Of a stretch of DNA of 54,577 nucleotides, positions 1 through 9,470 are shown piece by piece. Each line of letters begins with the position of its first letter. The stretch's first letter is position 1. The position numbers were made by a program, and so were the translations under genes. Location of the stretch: the sequence record SRR22947727_858; one strand, 5' to 3'. Below the pieces are notes generated by a model. The model had not been told where the DNA came from, did no database searches, and saw nothing but the letters and a program-made list of their open reading frames with translations.

Positions 1-2
1 TG

Positions 3-377
3 GAATTGTGTATGTTTGCTGAAGGGGCGCATTTTCAGGAAGAAATATCCGTGGTGGGTCCGCGCGGCAAGATCGAGGCATTCGTGCCCGGACCAACGCG
101 GTTTTGGATGAGCCAATCGCAGCGCGCCCCCGATCCAAAGCTGGTAATTTCACCGCGCGATTCTGGCCTGCGCGAAGAGCTTGAAATTCCGGTTGATCCG
201 GCTTTGCTAGAGGCAGGGGATCACAATGGATCCACCTTTTATCAGCATCAGCGGTTTTTAGCAGTTGTGCGACAAGGACGCGCGGTGGAAGTAAGTTTGA
301 ACGATGGCATTTGGGCTGTGCGTATGGGGCAAGCTGCGCAAGAATCGGCCCGGCTTGGGCAGGCAGTAACTTTTTAG
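3..377 (+). CDS. Gfo/Idh/MocA family oxidoreductase, C-terminal part (5' end outside window)
   Basis: Frame open from window start. C-terminal pattern 'GDHNGSTFYQHQRF...VSLNDG..AV.MG.AAQES' is typical of Gfo/Idh/MocA dehydrogenases. Confidence 0.7.
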   Translation, partial: ELCMFAEGAHFQEEISVVGPRGKIEAFVPGPTRFWMSQSQRAPDPKLVISPRDSGLREELEIPVDPALLEAGDHNGSTFYQHQRFLAVVRQGRAVEVSLNDGIWAVRMGQAAQESARLGQAVTF

Positions 378-756
378 TTTATGGTCAGCTTCAGCCTATG
401 CCTGAGGGGCGTTAGGATGGCGGTGGTTGCAAACAAAAAAACGATTTACCTGATGAAACTTATGGGTTTTAGGGCTTTCGCCTATAAGGAGAATTCGGAT
501 TTTGCAGGGCATAGGCTTAGATAGCCTGCGACTGCCCAATCATAGGCGTTGTCGTGATGGGTTTGCACAGATCAGAGCGGGCGATCCCAAAAATAAGATA
601 TTTGGTTGGCTTGATACGCATGAAACGCGCCCTGCTCGATAAATTTTATCGGCCATGGTTGATTTGATCTTGGAAATGCATGCGCAACCTCTTGCAAAAC
701 TAAAAGAAAACGACATTAACGCTTGTTCAAGATGAGCAAAAGCAGAAAGCGCCGCG

Positions 757-1578
757 ATGTCGATCAGTAGCCTAAAAGAAAAATACCCAGATTTAGTAGT
801 TTCGATGCGCAAAGCCGCGGTTTTGGCGGGGCTTGAAATCTTAGATGTCTACGCTCAAAGCGATTTCGGTATTCAGATTAAAAGCGATGAAAGCCCTTTG
901 ACGCTGGCTGATTTGCGGGCAGATAAGGCAATCGCGACCACGCTCGCTGAGCTTGTGCCAGATATTCCCATTGTCTCTGAGGAAACTTATACAGAGGGTG
1001 ATCGGCTGAGAGATGTGATATTCTTCTTGGTAGATCCGTTGGACGGCACGAAAGAATTCATAAAAAAAACTGGAGAATTTACCGTTAATATTGCGCTGAT
1101 CGTGCAGGGTAAAGCTGCGTTGGGCGTGGTATATGTGCCAGTGAGTGGTGATTTATTTTATCGTGATCTTGACGGTTTGTCTTATGTAGAAAGCGATGCA
1201 AGCCGCGTTGAGAGGCGTGGACAGATTGCGCAGATCCACTGTCGCGCTGTGGATGGGCAGAAGATTACTGCGGTAAAATCGGCCTCGCATTCTAATGAGG
1301 AAACAGAGGCCTTTTTGAGAAAATATAATCCTGTTCAATCCAAAAGCGCGGGGTCATCTTTGAAGTTTTGTCTTATCGCGCGCGGCGCAGCAGATTTGTA
1401 CCCTCGTCTTGGTCGTACGATGGAATGGGATACGGGCGCTGCGCATGCAGTTCTTAAAGGGGCAGGCGGCAATGTGTATAGGATCGATACATTTGAAGAA
1501 CTCGAATATGGCAAAGAGGTTATGGACAACCCGCATTTTGTCGCGGCGTCAAATGGGTTAAAGCTGACTCAAGGTTAA
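757..1578 (+). CDS. cysQ: 3'(2'),5'-bisphosphate nucleotidase CysQ (PAP phosphatase)
   Basis: Inositol-monophosphatase-family motifs K.D.SPLT.AD, SEE, DPLDGTKEF, GSSLKFC and PR.G.TMEWDT.A. Confidence 0.92.
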   Translation: MSISSLKEKYPDLVVSMRKAAVLAGLEILDVYAQSDFGIQIKSDESPLTLADLRADKAIATTLAELVPDIPIVSEETYTEGDRLRDVIFFLVDPLDGTKEFIKKTGEFTVNIALIVQGKAALGVVYVPVSGDLFYRDLDGLSYVESDASRVERRGQIAQIHCRAVDGQKITAVKSASHSNEETEAFLRKYNPVQSKSAGSSLKFCLIARGAADLYPRLGRTMEWDTGAAHAVLKGAGGNVYRIDTFEELEYGKEVMDNPHFVAASNGLKLTQG

Positions 1579-1632
1579 GTGATGTCACTAAAGGCAGAGC
1601 AGCAATCTAGGGCATTTGATCAAGTGTAACCT

Positions 1633-1655
1633 ATGCGTTGTGCGGCTCAACGCAT
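1633..1655 (+). terminator. Stem-loop downstream of cysQ (possible terminator)
   Basis: Perfect 8-bp inverted repeat ATGCGTTG-N7-CAACGCAT about 55 nt after the cysQ stop; U-tract weak. Confidence 0.35.
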
Positions 1656-2301
1656 TAAGTTTCAAAATGATAATATTAAGAGTGGTTTGACTGCTCAGAA
1701 AATTTGAATGAAGCCGTCCCTTACCCGGAGGGAAAGAAACATATGGGCATTGCCGTAATAAAATAGTTAACGCCCCTCACGCAAGGGATGAAGGCATGGG
1801 GCCGATAAGATAGCGCGTCAAATGGCGCCATATTACGCCAGCTTTCAACTTTAATTATATCATTTCTTTTTGCTAAAGAGGGCGATTTACACGGGCTTGG
1901 ACACGTTTTTCTATATCAAAAAAGAGACTATAAATTGGCTCTTTGATTTTGTTGAAGTAGAATTAATGTTTATTGATTTACTGTAGCCCCCCTAATCCTG
2001 GTTGAACTGCCATGGGTTTTCAGTATTTGAATTGAGCTGTGATTAACCAAGTTGCAATTTAAGTTTAGAGATAAATAAGCAGAAGGTTTGAGGTGTTTGA
2101 TACTTCACAGGTTATCTTTTGTTTCATTTGTCTTGGAGGGCGGAGCTGGTAAAATTGCGGTCTTAGATTGAATAAACACATCCATCGGCATTTCTGCCTC
2201 TGCGTCTCTTTGGGAGACTTACTTTTGCCTGCAAGCCTTGATTAACCCAGCGGTGCTGTGTATATGGTGGGGCGGTAAGCGGTGGGCGTAATAAAAATCA
2301 C

Positions 2302-3381
2302 ATGATACTTTTATCTTCCTTTGCATCAGCGATGTGTCTCGCATTTGTTATTTTCCTAACCCGGCCGCTGCATATTCAATTCACGGCCAAAGGCCACGGC
2401 AATGCAGCCGTTCAATCCTCTCATCGGGTGCCGACCCCAAGAATCGGTGGCTTGGCGGTAATACTAGGCGGTTTTTTTGGGGCGTTCACGTTAGACGCAA
2501 CGACGTTCAACTTGGTGTCTTTTCTTGCCATCTCTGCACTGCCGGTCTTTCTGGGAGGGTTGGGAGAGGATGTTGGGTTCAATGTTAGCGCGAAAATGCG
2601 GCTGGTTTTGTCCTTTGCCTCTGCTTTATTGGCCGGCATGCTTTTTGGGGCATGGATACCTCGCATGGGCGTTCCGGTTTTAGAGTTATTAACGCTTTAC
2701 ACTTTCCCCGCGATTATTCTGACGCTTTTGATTTCCAGTGGTATCAGCCATTCATTAAACCTAATCGACGGTTTAAATGGATTGGCGATCGGCGTGTCTA
2801 TTGTGATTGCACTTGGCCTCATGTCTGTTGCTGTGTCGGTTGGTGATTATCAAATCTCGTATATATTGCTGTTGATTATTGGTGCATTGTTGGGTTTGCT
2901 GGTATTCAACTATCCCTTTGGAAAGCTATTTTTGGGCGATGCGGGTGCATATTGCACGGGGCATATCTTGACATGGGTTGCGATTTTGTTGCTCAACAGA
3001 CATCCAGAGATTGCTCCTTTCTCAATGCTTTTGATCTTCTTTTGGCCTATTGCGGATATGATATTTTCAATATTTCGCCGCTATCGCTCTGGCAAGCCAA
3101 TCGACCAACCGGATCGGCTTCATTTTCATCAATTGGTGATGCGCGCGCTGGAATTAACATTGCTGTCTCGAAAGCTGCGAGGCCTGACCAATCCATTGGC
3201 TACTTTAATCATCGTGCCATTGGCCTCAGTGCCGATTGCTGCCGCGGTGATGCTTCAAAACAATGATCAAATGGCGGCGCTAGGTTTTATTGCTGCCGCA
3301 ATTTTATTTGTTATTACCTATAATGTGGGCATGGTTTCGGCAAAACGGTTTGCGCGCCATGGAACGCGTGCCCGAAGCTAA
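2302..3381 (+). CDS. WecA/TagO-like polyprenyl-phosphate HexNAc-1-phosphate transferase (glycosyltransferase family 4, MraY-like)
   Basis: Multi-pass membrane protein with PTPRIGG, NLIDGLNGL, FNYP.GKLFLGDAG and PDRLHFH motifs. Confidence 0.88.
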   Translation: MILLSSFASAMCLAFVIFLTRPLHIQFTAKGHGNAAVQSSHRVPTPRIGGLAVILGGFFGAFTLDATTFNLVSFLAISALPVFLGGLGEDVGFNVSAKMRLVLSFASALLAGMLFGAWIPRMGVPVLELLTLYTFPAIILTLLISSGISHSLNLIDGLNGLAIGVSIVIALGLMSVAVSVGDYQISYILLLIIGALLGLLVFNYPFGKLFLGDAGAYCTGHILTWVAILLLNRHPEIAPFSMLLIFFWPIADMIFSIFRRYRSGKPIDQPDRLHFHQLVMRALELTLLSRKLRGLTNPLATLIIVPLASVPIAAAVMLQNNDQMAALGFIAAAILFVITYNVGMVSAKRFARHGTRARS

Positions 3382-3505
3382 CCGACTTAGTTCGTTTTTC
3401 GTAACCGGGCGCGCTTAGATGTCAGCATCAGAAATGATTTACGACGCTCACGAGATAGGTTAATTCTTTATCTCCTAATAAATTTTTCGTTAGAGTGGAT
3501 ATCGT

Positions 3506-4402
3506 ATGCCGTTAACCCATCTCTCAAACCTTGAGGCTGAGGCGATTGAGATCCTGCGCGAGGTTGTGTCAGAGGCTGAGAATCCAGTTATGCTGTATTC
3601 GGTTGGCAAGGACAGCGCGGTAATGCTGCATCTGGCGAAAAAGGCTTTTTATCCCTCTCCCCCTCCGTTTCCACTGATGCATGTGGATACGACTTGGAAA
3701 TTCCAAGAGATGTATAAATTGCGCGATAAGGCCGCGAAGGACGCGGGGATGGAATTGATCGTGCATCAAAACCCGGAGGCCAAGGAAAAGGGGATCAATC
3801 CCTTTGATCATGGCGCATTGCATACCGACATGTGGAAGACTGAAGGGTTGAAACAGGCGCTTGATAAACATGGGTTTGATGCGGCCTTCGGGGGTGCGCG
3901 CAGAGATGAGGAAAAATCGCGCGCCAAGGAACGAGTGTTTTCCTTCCGTACCGCCCAACACAGATGGGACCCCAAGGCGCAGCGCCCAGAGCTTTGGTTG
4001 CTGTATAATGCGCGCAAAGCCAAGGGCGAAAGCATGCGCGTCTTTCCACTGTCCAACTGGACAGAATTGGATATCTGGCAGTATATCCATTTAGAAGGGA
4101 TCGAAATCGTACCATTGTATTTCGCGGCGCCACGTCCGACTGTGCAGCGGGATGGTTTGATCCTGATGGTGGATGATGATCGCTTTCCATTGGAACCTGG
4201 CGAAAAACCCGCCATGCGATCGATCCGATTTAGGACCCTGGGCTGTTACCCCCTAACGGGCGCTGTGCAATCTGAGGCGGCGACCCTAACAGACGTCATC
4301 CAAGAAATGCTTTTGACAACGACATCCGAACGACAAGGCCGCGCGATCGATAAGGATCAAGGCGCCTCCATGGAAGTCAAGAAACAGCAAGGGTATTTTT
4401 AG
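3506..4402 (+). CDS. cysD: Sulfate adenylyltransferase subunit 2 (CysD/NodP)
   Basis: PP-loop [35 protein letters not shown] and C-terminal KK.GYF. Confidence 0.96.
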   Translation: MPLTHLSNLEAEAIEILREVVSEAENPVMLYSVGKDSAVMLHLAKKAFYPSPPPFPLMHVDTTWKFQEMYKLRDKAAKDAGMELIVHQNPEAKEKGINPFDHGALHTDMWKTEGLKQALDKHGFDAAFGGARRDEEKSRAKERVFSFRTAQHRWDPKAQRPELWLLYNARKAKGESMRVFPLSNWTELDIWQYIHLEGIEIVPLYFAAPRPTVQRDGLILMVDDDRFPLEPGEKPAMRSIRFRTLGCYPLTGAVQSEAATLTDVIQEMLLTTTSERQGRAIDKDQGASMEVKKQQGYF

Positions 4403-4414
4403 GGGGTGCGGGAC

Positions 4415-6316
4415 ATGACAGATCAAGTTTATAAAACTGACGCGCTGATTGCGCAGGATATTGATGCCTACCTAGAAAGCCATCAAAACAAATCGCTCTT
4501 GCGCTTTATCACCTGTGGATCTGTAGATGATGGGAAATCAACGCTGATTGGTCGTCTGCTTTATGACAGCAAAATGATTTTTGAAGACCAACTTGCCCAG
4601 CTTGAAGCCGATAGCAAAAAAGTGGGCACGCAGGGCCAAGAGATTGATTTTGCGCTGCTGGTCGATGGATTGGCCGCAGAGCGGGAACAGGGCATCACAA
4701 TTGACGTGGCCTACCGTTTCTTTGCCACGGAAAAGCGTAAGTTCATCGTCGCTGATACACCGGGCCATGAACAATACACGCGCAACATGGTAACGGGTGC
4801 ATCCACGGCGGAATTGGCCGTGATCCTGATTGATGCGCGCAAGTGCGTTTTAACGCAAACGCGTCGCCATAGTTATTTGTGTCACCTGCTCGGTATTAAG
4901 AATATCGTTCTGGCCGTCAATAAAATGGACTTGGTCGATTATGATCAGGCGAGGTTTGATACCATCGTTGCCGAGTATACCGAATTTGCAAACAGCATTG
5001 GGATCACGGCATTTACCGCAATCCCAATCTCTGGGTTCAAAGGCGATAATATCGCGGCCCATTCTGATGCCACCAATTGGTACAGTGGTCCAACGCTGAT
5101 GGCGCATTTAGAAGGTGTCGATCTAGACCACAACACAGGTGCCGCCCAAGAGTTCCGCATGCCTGTGCAGTGGGTGAACCGACCTAATTTGGACTTCCGC
5201 GGGTTTAGCGGCAAGATCGCCTCAGGCACCATCAAACCCGGGGATGAGGTGCGCATTCTCCCCTCTGGCAAAACCAGCCATGTGGATCGCATTGTCACAT
5301 ATGATGGTGATTTGGACAATGCCGCAGCGGGTCAGTCAATCACTCTGACGCTCAAAGATGAGGTGGATTGTTCCCGCGGTCAGGTGATTACAACCGCATC
5401 CGCCCCGCTTGAAGTGGCAGATCAATTTGAAACCACCCTGATTTGGATGGATGAAGAGGCGCTGATTCCAGGTCGTTCCTATTATCTGAAAATCGGGCCG
5501 CAAACCGTCTCTGCAACGGTGGCGGAACCCAAATATCAGATCAACGTCAATACGATGGAACATGCGGCGGCCAAAACGCTTGAGCTGAACGCAATTGGTG
5601 TGGCCAATGTGACGACGGGTCGTAATATTCCATTTGCGCCCTATGCGGAAAACCGGACGCTGGGTGGTTTTATCCTGATTGATAAAATGACAAACGCCAC
5701 TGTGGGCGCGGGCCTTATCAATTTTGCCCTGCGCCGCGCACAAAACATTCATTGGCAGGCAACAGACATCACGCGGGATCACCACGCGGACCTGAAAAAC
5801 CAAAAACCTGCGGTGCTGTGGATGACGGGCCTGTCGGGATCAGGAAAATCCACGATTGCGAATGCGGTTGAATCGAGGCTTGCGTGCATGAACCGTCACA
5901 CTTTCCTGCTGGATGGGGATAATGTGCGTCATGGTTTGAACAAGGATCTGGGCTTTACCGATGCGGATCGGATTGAAAATATCCGCCGTGTAGGTGAGGT
6001 TGCAAAACTGATGACTGATGCGGGTCTGATCGTCATCACGGCGTTCATCTCGCCCTTCCGCTCAGAGCGGCAAATGGTGCGAGATATGATGGCGCCGGGC
6101 GAATTCATCGAAATCTTCATCGACACGCCGCTCTCTGTCGCAGAAGAACGGGACGTCAAAGGCCTTTATGCCAAGGCGCGCTCTGGTCAGCTCAAGAACT
6201 TCACAGGGATCGACAGCCCATACGAGGCCCCTGAAACCCCAGAAATCCATATCGATACGACAAAAATGGACAGTGATCAGGCCGCCGAAGAAATCGTCAA
6301 GCTCTTGGTCTCTTAA
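4415..6316 (+). CDS. cysNC: Bifunctional sulfate adenylyltransferase subunit 1 / adenylylsulfate kinase (CysN/CysC, NodQ-like)
   Basis: GTPase motifs [23 protein letters not shown] and NKMD, then an APS-kinase domain ([26 protein letters not shown]). ATG at 4415 chosen; GTG at 4406 is the alternative. Confidence 0.95.
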   Translation: MTDQVYKTDALIAQDIDAYLESHQNKSLLRFITCGSVDDGKSTLIGRLLYDSKMIFEDQLAQLEADSKKVGTQGQEIDFALLVDGLAAEREQGITIDVAYRFFATEKRKFIVADTPGHEQYTRNMVTGASTAELAVILIDARKCVLTQTRRHSYLCHLLGIKNIVLAVNKMDLVDYDQARFDTIVAEYTEFANSIGITAFTAIPISGFKGDNIAAHSDATNWYSGPTLMAHLEGVDLDHNTGAAQEFRMPVQWVNRPNLDFRGFSGKIASGTIKPGDEVRILPSGKTSHVDRIVTYDGDLDNAAAGQSITLTLKDEVDCSRGQVITTASAPLEVADQFETTLIWMDEEALIPGRSYYLKIGPQTVSATVAEPKYQINVNTMEHAAAKTLELNAIGVANVTTGRNIPFAPYAENRTLGGFILIDKMTNATVGAGLINFALRRAQNIHWQATDITRDHHADLKNQKPAVLWMTGLSGSGKSTIANAVESRLACMNRHTFLLDGDNVRHGLNKDLGFTDADRIENIRRVGEVAKLMTDAGLIVITAFISPFRSERQMVRDMMAPGEFIEIFIDTPLSVAEERDVKGLYAKARSGQLKNFTGIDSPYEAPETPEIHIDTTKMDSDQAAEEIVKLLVS

Positions 6317-6522
6317 GGCGTGATAAGTTCGCAATTGTGCGCTAGATTTTATTGGTGTGCCCCAAGAAACATCATTTTTTTATCTTGTAACCTGAAATAT
6401 ATTCGGGTTTTGCTCTTTAATTGTGAAGAAAAAGTATAAATTTGCATAGGCGTGGGCTGGTGCATATAGATAATCATCGCTAGGGCTAGAAAAATTGACG
6501 CGTCGCTTTAAAGGAGAGAGCT

Positions 6523-7338
6523 TTGGTGGAATCTGACAATTATCGTAAAACCCGCGCGGGTATTACGCTATTTGACCAAGCGGCCTTCGAAGGAATGCAT
6601 AGGGCAGGCGCAGTTGCAGCCCGCATTCTTGATGAAATTGCACCGCATGTTTTTCCCGGGCAAACGACCGCAATCATCAATGCCTTTATCGAAGATCAAG
6701 TGCGCGCCGCTGGCGCTGTCTCGGCGACAATTGGCTATAAGGGCTATCAGCATGGCAGTTGTATCAGCGTAAACCACGTGGTTTGCCACGGTATTCCCAG
6801 CGATAAAAAGCTTAAAGAGGGCGATATCCTAAACGTTGATGTGACGGTGATCGTTGATGGATGGTATGGCGATACCTCGCGGATGTATGTGGCGGGCGAC
6901 TTATCGCGCAAAGCCGAGCGTTTAATTCAAGTGACGCATGACTCTTTGATGAAAGGTATTGAGGCGGTAAAACCGGGCAATACTTTTGGCGATATAGGAT
7001 ATGCGATACAATCTTATGTTGAGGCGCAGCGTATGTCCGTTGTGCGCGATTTTTGCGGCCATGGCTTGGGTCAAGTGTTTCATGCTCCCCCGAACGTGTT
7101 GCATTATGGCCGGCCAAATACTGGATCTATTTTGGAAGAGGGTATGTTTTTTACAATTGAGCCGATGGTGAATTTAGGGCGGGCGGAGACAAAAGTTTTG
7201 GCGGATGATTGGACCGCTGTCACGCGCGATAAATCGCTTTCGGCGCAATTTGAGCATTCCGTGGGTGTAACGGCAAACGGCGTTGAAATTTTTACCTTGT
7301 CGCCAGCGGATCGCTTTCATCCGACCTATGGGGTTTGA
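6523..7338 (+). CDS. map: Type I methionine aminopeptidase
   Basis: CISVNHVVCHGIP, DVTVI.DG.YGDTSR, GHGLG.VFH, FTIEPM and SAQFEHS motifs; SD AGGAG upstream. Confidence 0.96.
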   Translation: MVESDNYRKTRAGITLFDQAAFEGMHRAGAVAARILDEIAPHVFPGQTTAIINAFIEDQVRAAGAVSATIGYKGYQHGSCISVNHVVCHGIPSDKKLKEGDILNVDVTVIVDGWYGDTSRMYVAGDLSRKAERLIQVTHDSLMKGIEAVKPGNTFGDIGYAIQSYVEAQRMSVVRDFCGHGLGQVFHAPPNVLHYGRPNTGSILEEGMFFTIEPMVNLGRAETKVLADDWTAVTRDKSLSAQFEHSVGVTANGVEIFTLSPADRFHPTYGV

Positions 7339-7416
7339 GGTCAAAAAAGAGCGGTTGGTTTTTGTGATTTTACCTTTATCCATAGAAAATCTCCTCGGAA
7401 GATTGGTTTGAACGCG

Positions 7417-7442
7417 GCAACTTTCTTAAGTTGCAACAACTT
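7417..7442. promoter_or_regulatory. Operator-like overlapping palindromes (GCAACTT-N4-AAGTTGC and AAGTTG-N3-CAACTT)
   Basis: Read directly in the map-XRE intergenic region; cognate factor is inferred only. Confidence 0.4.
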
Positions 7443-7730
7443 GAAATTGAAAATCCTGTTTATGATTGGGCCTCAATTCGCGTCATTGCGTATATCAATA
7501 TTGGCTAGGATATGATTCTCTTGATCGAGGCATTTGTTAAGCCGGTCTGATTTTTAAGCTGTGTGCTCAAGCCAAACGATTGCTCAAAGGTCCTTCACAA
7601 AGCTGACATAGATCAACCTAAAGATGTGTGAAATAATAATATTTAGATCATGGAACCTTGCGTAATCAGTGGCAACCTCATGGGAGATGCTGCGAGGTGG
7701 GGGAAATTTTTTTAAGCAAAGGAAGAACTC

Positions 7731-8537
7731 GTGAGTGTGCTGCGCGTTTTTGGTGAGAATTTACGATTGCTCTGCAAAACGCGCCCGTCAATTGCCTCGG
7801 TTTGCCGCGATTTGGATATCAATCGTGTACAATTTAATCGTTATATGAGCGGCCATTCCTTGCCCAAGCCCAATGTTTTGCAACAAATATGTGATTACTT
7901 TCTGGTCGTTTCGCGGATCTATCTTGAGCCCTTGACCGCTGATGATTTGGAACGGATTAGGCGCGGCCAATCGCAAAGCGTAGTGCAAGCGCAACGCAGC
8001 TATTTACATCAAGCCGTTGACTATTTTGAGCGCGGTATCGCGCTTACTGTTTCACAAAGTGAGCTTCCAGATGGTATCCATTGCTTTTGGCGTAGATCGT
8101 TTTCCGAGTTGGAAACTGCGAGTTGTAATTTAATTTCGATTAAAACCGTTGAAGGTGTGCGGGTGTTTAAAAGCCTCGAGCTTTTAAAATCGCAACGCAA
8201 TCGAGCTGAAATTTCAGGTCGATCTACTCCTTCTTCACGGGGCGTTGTGATGCGATGCCCTGATGGTTATGCGCTTTTTGCGATCAATCCGCATCCCTCT
8301 AGATTTATCAGTTTAATGTATTTTGGAAATGTTTATTTCAGCGAAAATTTGCTTAGCGGATTTATGGTTCTTGCCCGCAAAGAATATTTCCAGAGGCGCC
8401 GGTTCTCGCGCTGCGTGTTAGAGCTTTTGCCGCAAACCTCTAATTGTATTTTGAACGCCGCGCGGCGCACCAGCCGCAAACTGCCCATGGAAGATCTTCC
8501 GATTATGATCAAGGATGTAATCGAAACGCCGCTTTGA
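7731..8537 (+). CDS. XRE/Cro-CI-type helix-turn-helix protein with long C-terminal domain
   Basis: N-terminal 'FGENLRLLC....SIASVCRDLDINRVQFNRYMSG.SLP....L.QICDYF' HTH pattern; SD AGGA upstream of GTG. Confidence 0.75.
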   Translation: MSVLRVFGENLRLLCKTRPSIASVCRDLDINRVQFNRYMSGHSLPKPNVLQQICDYFLVVSRIYLEPLTADDLERIRRGQSQSVVQAQRSYLHQAVDYFERGIALTVSQSELPDGIHCFWRRSFSELETASCNLISIKTVEGVRVFKSLELLKSQRNRAEISGRSTPSSRGVVMRCPDGYALFAINPHPSRFISLMYFGNVYFSENLLSGFMVLARKEYFQRRRFSRCVLELLPQTSNCILNAARRTSRKLPMEDLPIMIKDVIETPL

Positions 8538-8909
8538 AAATGTTTTTCCTTTCTTAAGAGGGCCGAGCGATATTCACTGTCAGCTCCCTCCAAACAGATC
8601 CGTTGAAAGCGCGTTTTTTGGGCGATGTCAGCAATTCGCCGCCGCATGCCGCGTCCTGAACCGAAGATGTAAAGATGCAGCTTTATATCAATTATCGGAT
8701 CAAGAGGCTTTCGTTAAGCATCTCGCCGGTATCGAGAAAGTTCTTATCAGGTTTGATCCATCGGGGTTTGACCATTTGAATTTTTTGTAACATGTGAATG
8801 AAATAATCATAGATTTCTTTTTGACGGCGCAACGGCAGTCACTTGGCTCGCGAAAAAGATAATGAAAGAAATTTATCTATTTAAAAGGCTCAGTAATATA
8901 GGGCGGAGG

Positions 8910-9470
8910 TTATTGTGCACGCATCAAGGTAACGTATGTGTCGCCATAGCGCAGGCACTCGAGGCTGCAAAACCCCTCTGGGGCCAACATCTCGCCTTGC
9001 TCTTCCCATATAATCAAGGCGTCATCTGCAATCCATCCCTTTGCGCGGGCCTTTGGCACCACGTTTTGGCCCAAATCTTTGCCATAGGGGGGGTCAAGAA
9101 ATACCAGATCAAAAGGCGCGCCGGGGCAGGGCGGCAATTGCAGCAGATTCCATGGCCGAAAGGTGATCTCGACGTTTGGATCAAACAGAGCTTTATTTTT
9201 GCGGATCAGTTCTGCAGATCTACGAGCGTTATCGATCAGCCACAGACGCTCTGCGCCGCGCGAAAGGGCCTCAAACCCCAAAGCACCGGTTCCGGCGAAA
9301 AGGTCAAGAACCTGCGCGTTCTCCAAAGGATTTCCAAACCGCCCCGAGGCAAGCACGTTGAATAAATTCTCGCGCACGCGGTCGGTGGTTGGGCGCAAAT
9401 GTGCCGAGGGATCGCCTTTGCCAACCGAGGCCAAAGCTCTTCCGCGATGTGTGCCTGCGATTATTCTCAA
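8910..9470 (-). CDS. rsmD: 16S rRNA (guanine966-N2)-methyltransferase
   Basis: MRIIAG..RGR, LRPTTDRVRE, LDLFAGTGALGFEALSRGA and FLDPPY. Confidence 0.94.
   Translation of the reverse strand: MRIIAGTHRGRALASVGKGDPSAHLRPTTDRVRENLFNVLASGRFGNPLENAQVLDLFAGTGALGFEALSRGAERLWLIDNARRSAELIRKNKALFDPNVEITFRPWNLLQLPPCPGAPFDLVFLDPPYGKDLGQNVVPKARAKGWIADDALIIWEEQGEMLAPEGFCSLECLRYGDTYVTLMRAQ

Noticed and set aside
393..517. 10-bp inverted repeat AGCCTATGCC / GGCATAGGCT as MITE ends, enclosing a 35-aa ORF at 417
   Set aside because: No second copy in the window, no target-site duplication and no recognisable protein; could be chance
540..812. 90-aa minus-strand ORF
   Set aside because: Overlaps the cysQ start antisense; no motifs and no SD
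2271..2284. GGCGGTAAGCGGTG as an ops/JUMPstart element before the wecA-like gene
   Set aside because: Does not fit GGCGGTAGnnTG without an insertion, and RfaH/ops is not established for this lineage
541..6453. 9-bp direct repeat CATAGGCGT (541 and 6445) flanking the cys module as an att site or target duplication
   Set aside because: A 9-mer match between two spacers of a few hundred bp is plausible by chance, and there is no integrase or transposase
8862..9365. 167-aa plus-strand ORF
   Set aside because: Antisense shadow of rsmD; like the many other nested track ORFs, it has no family motifs
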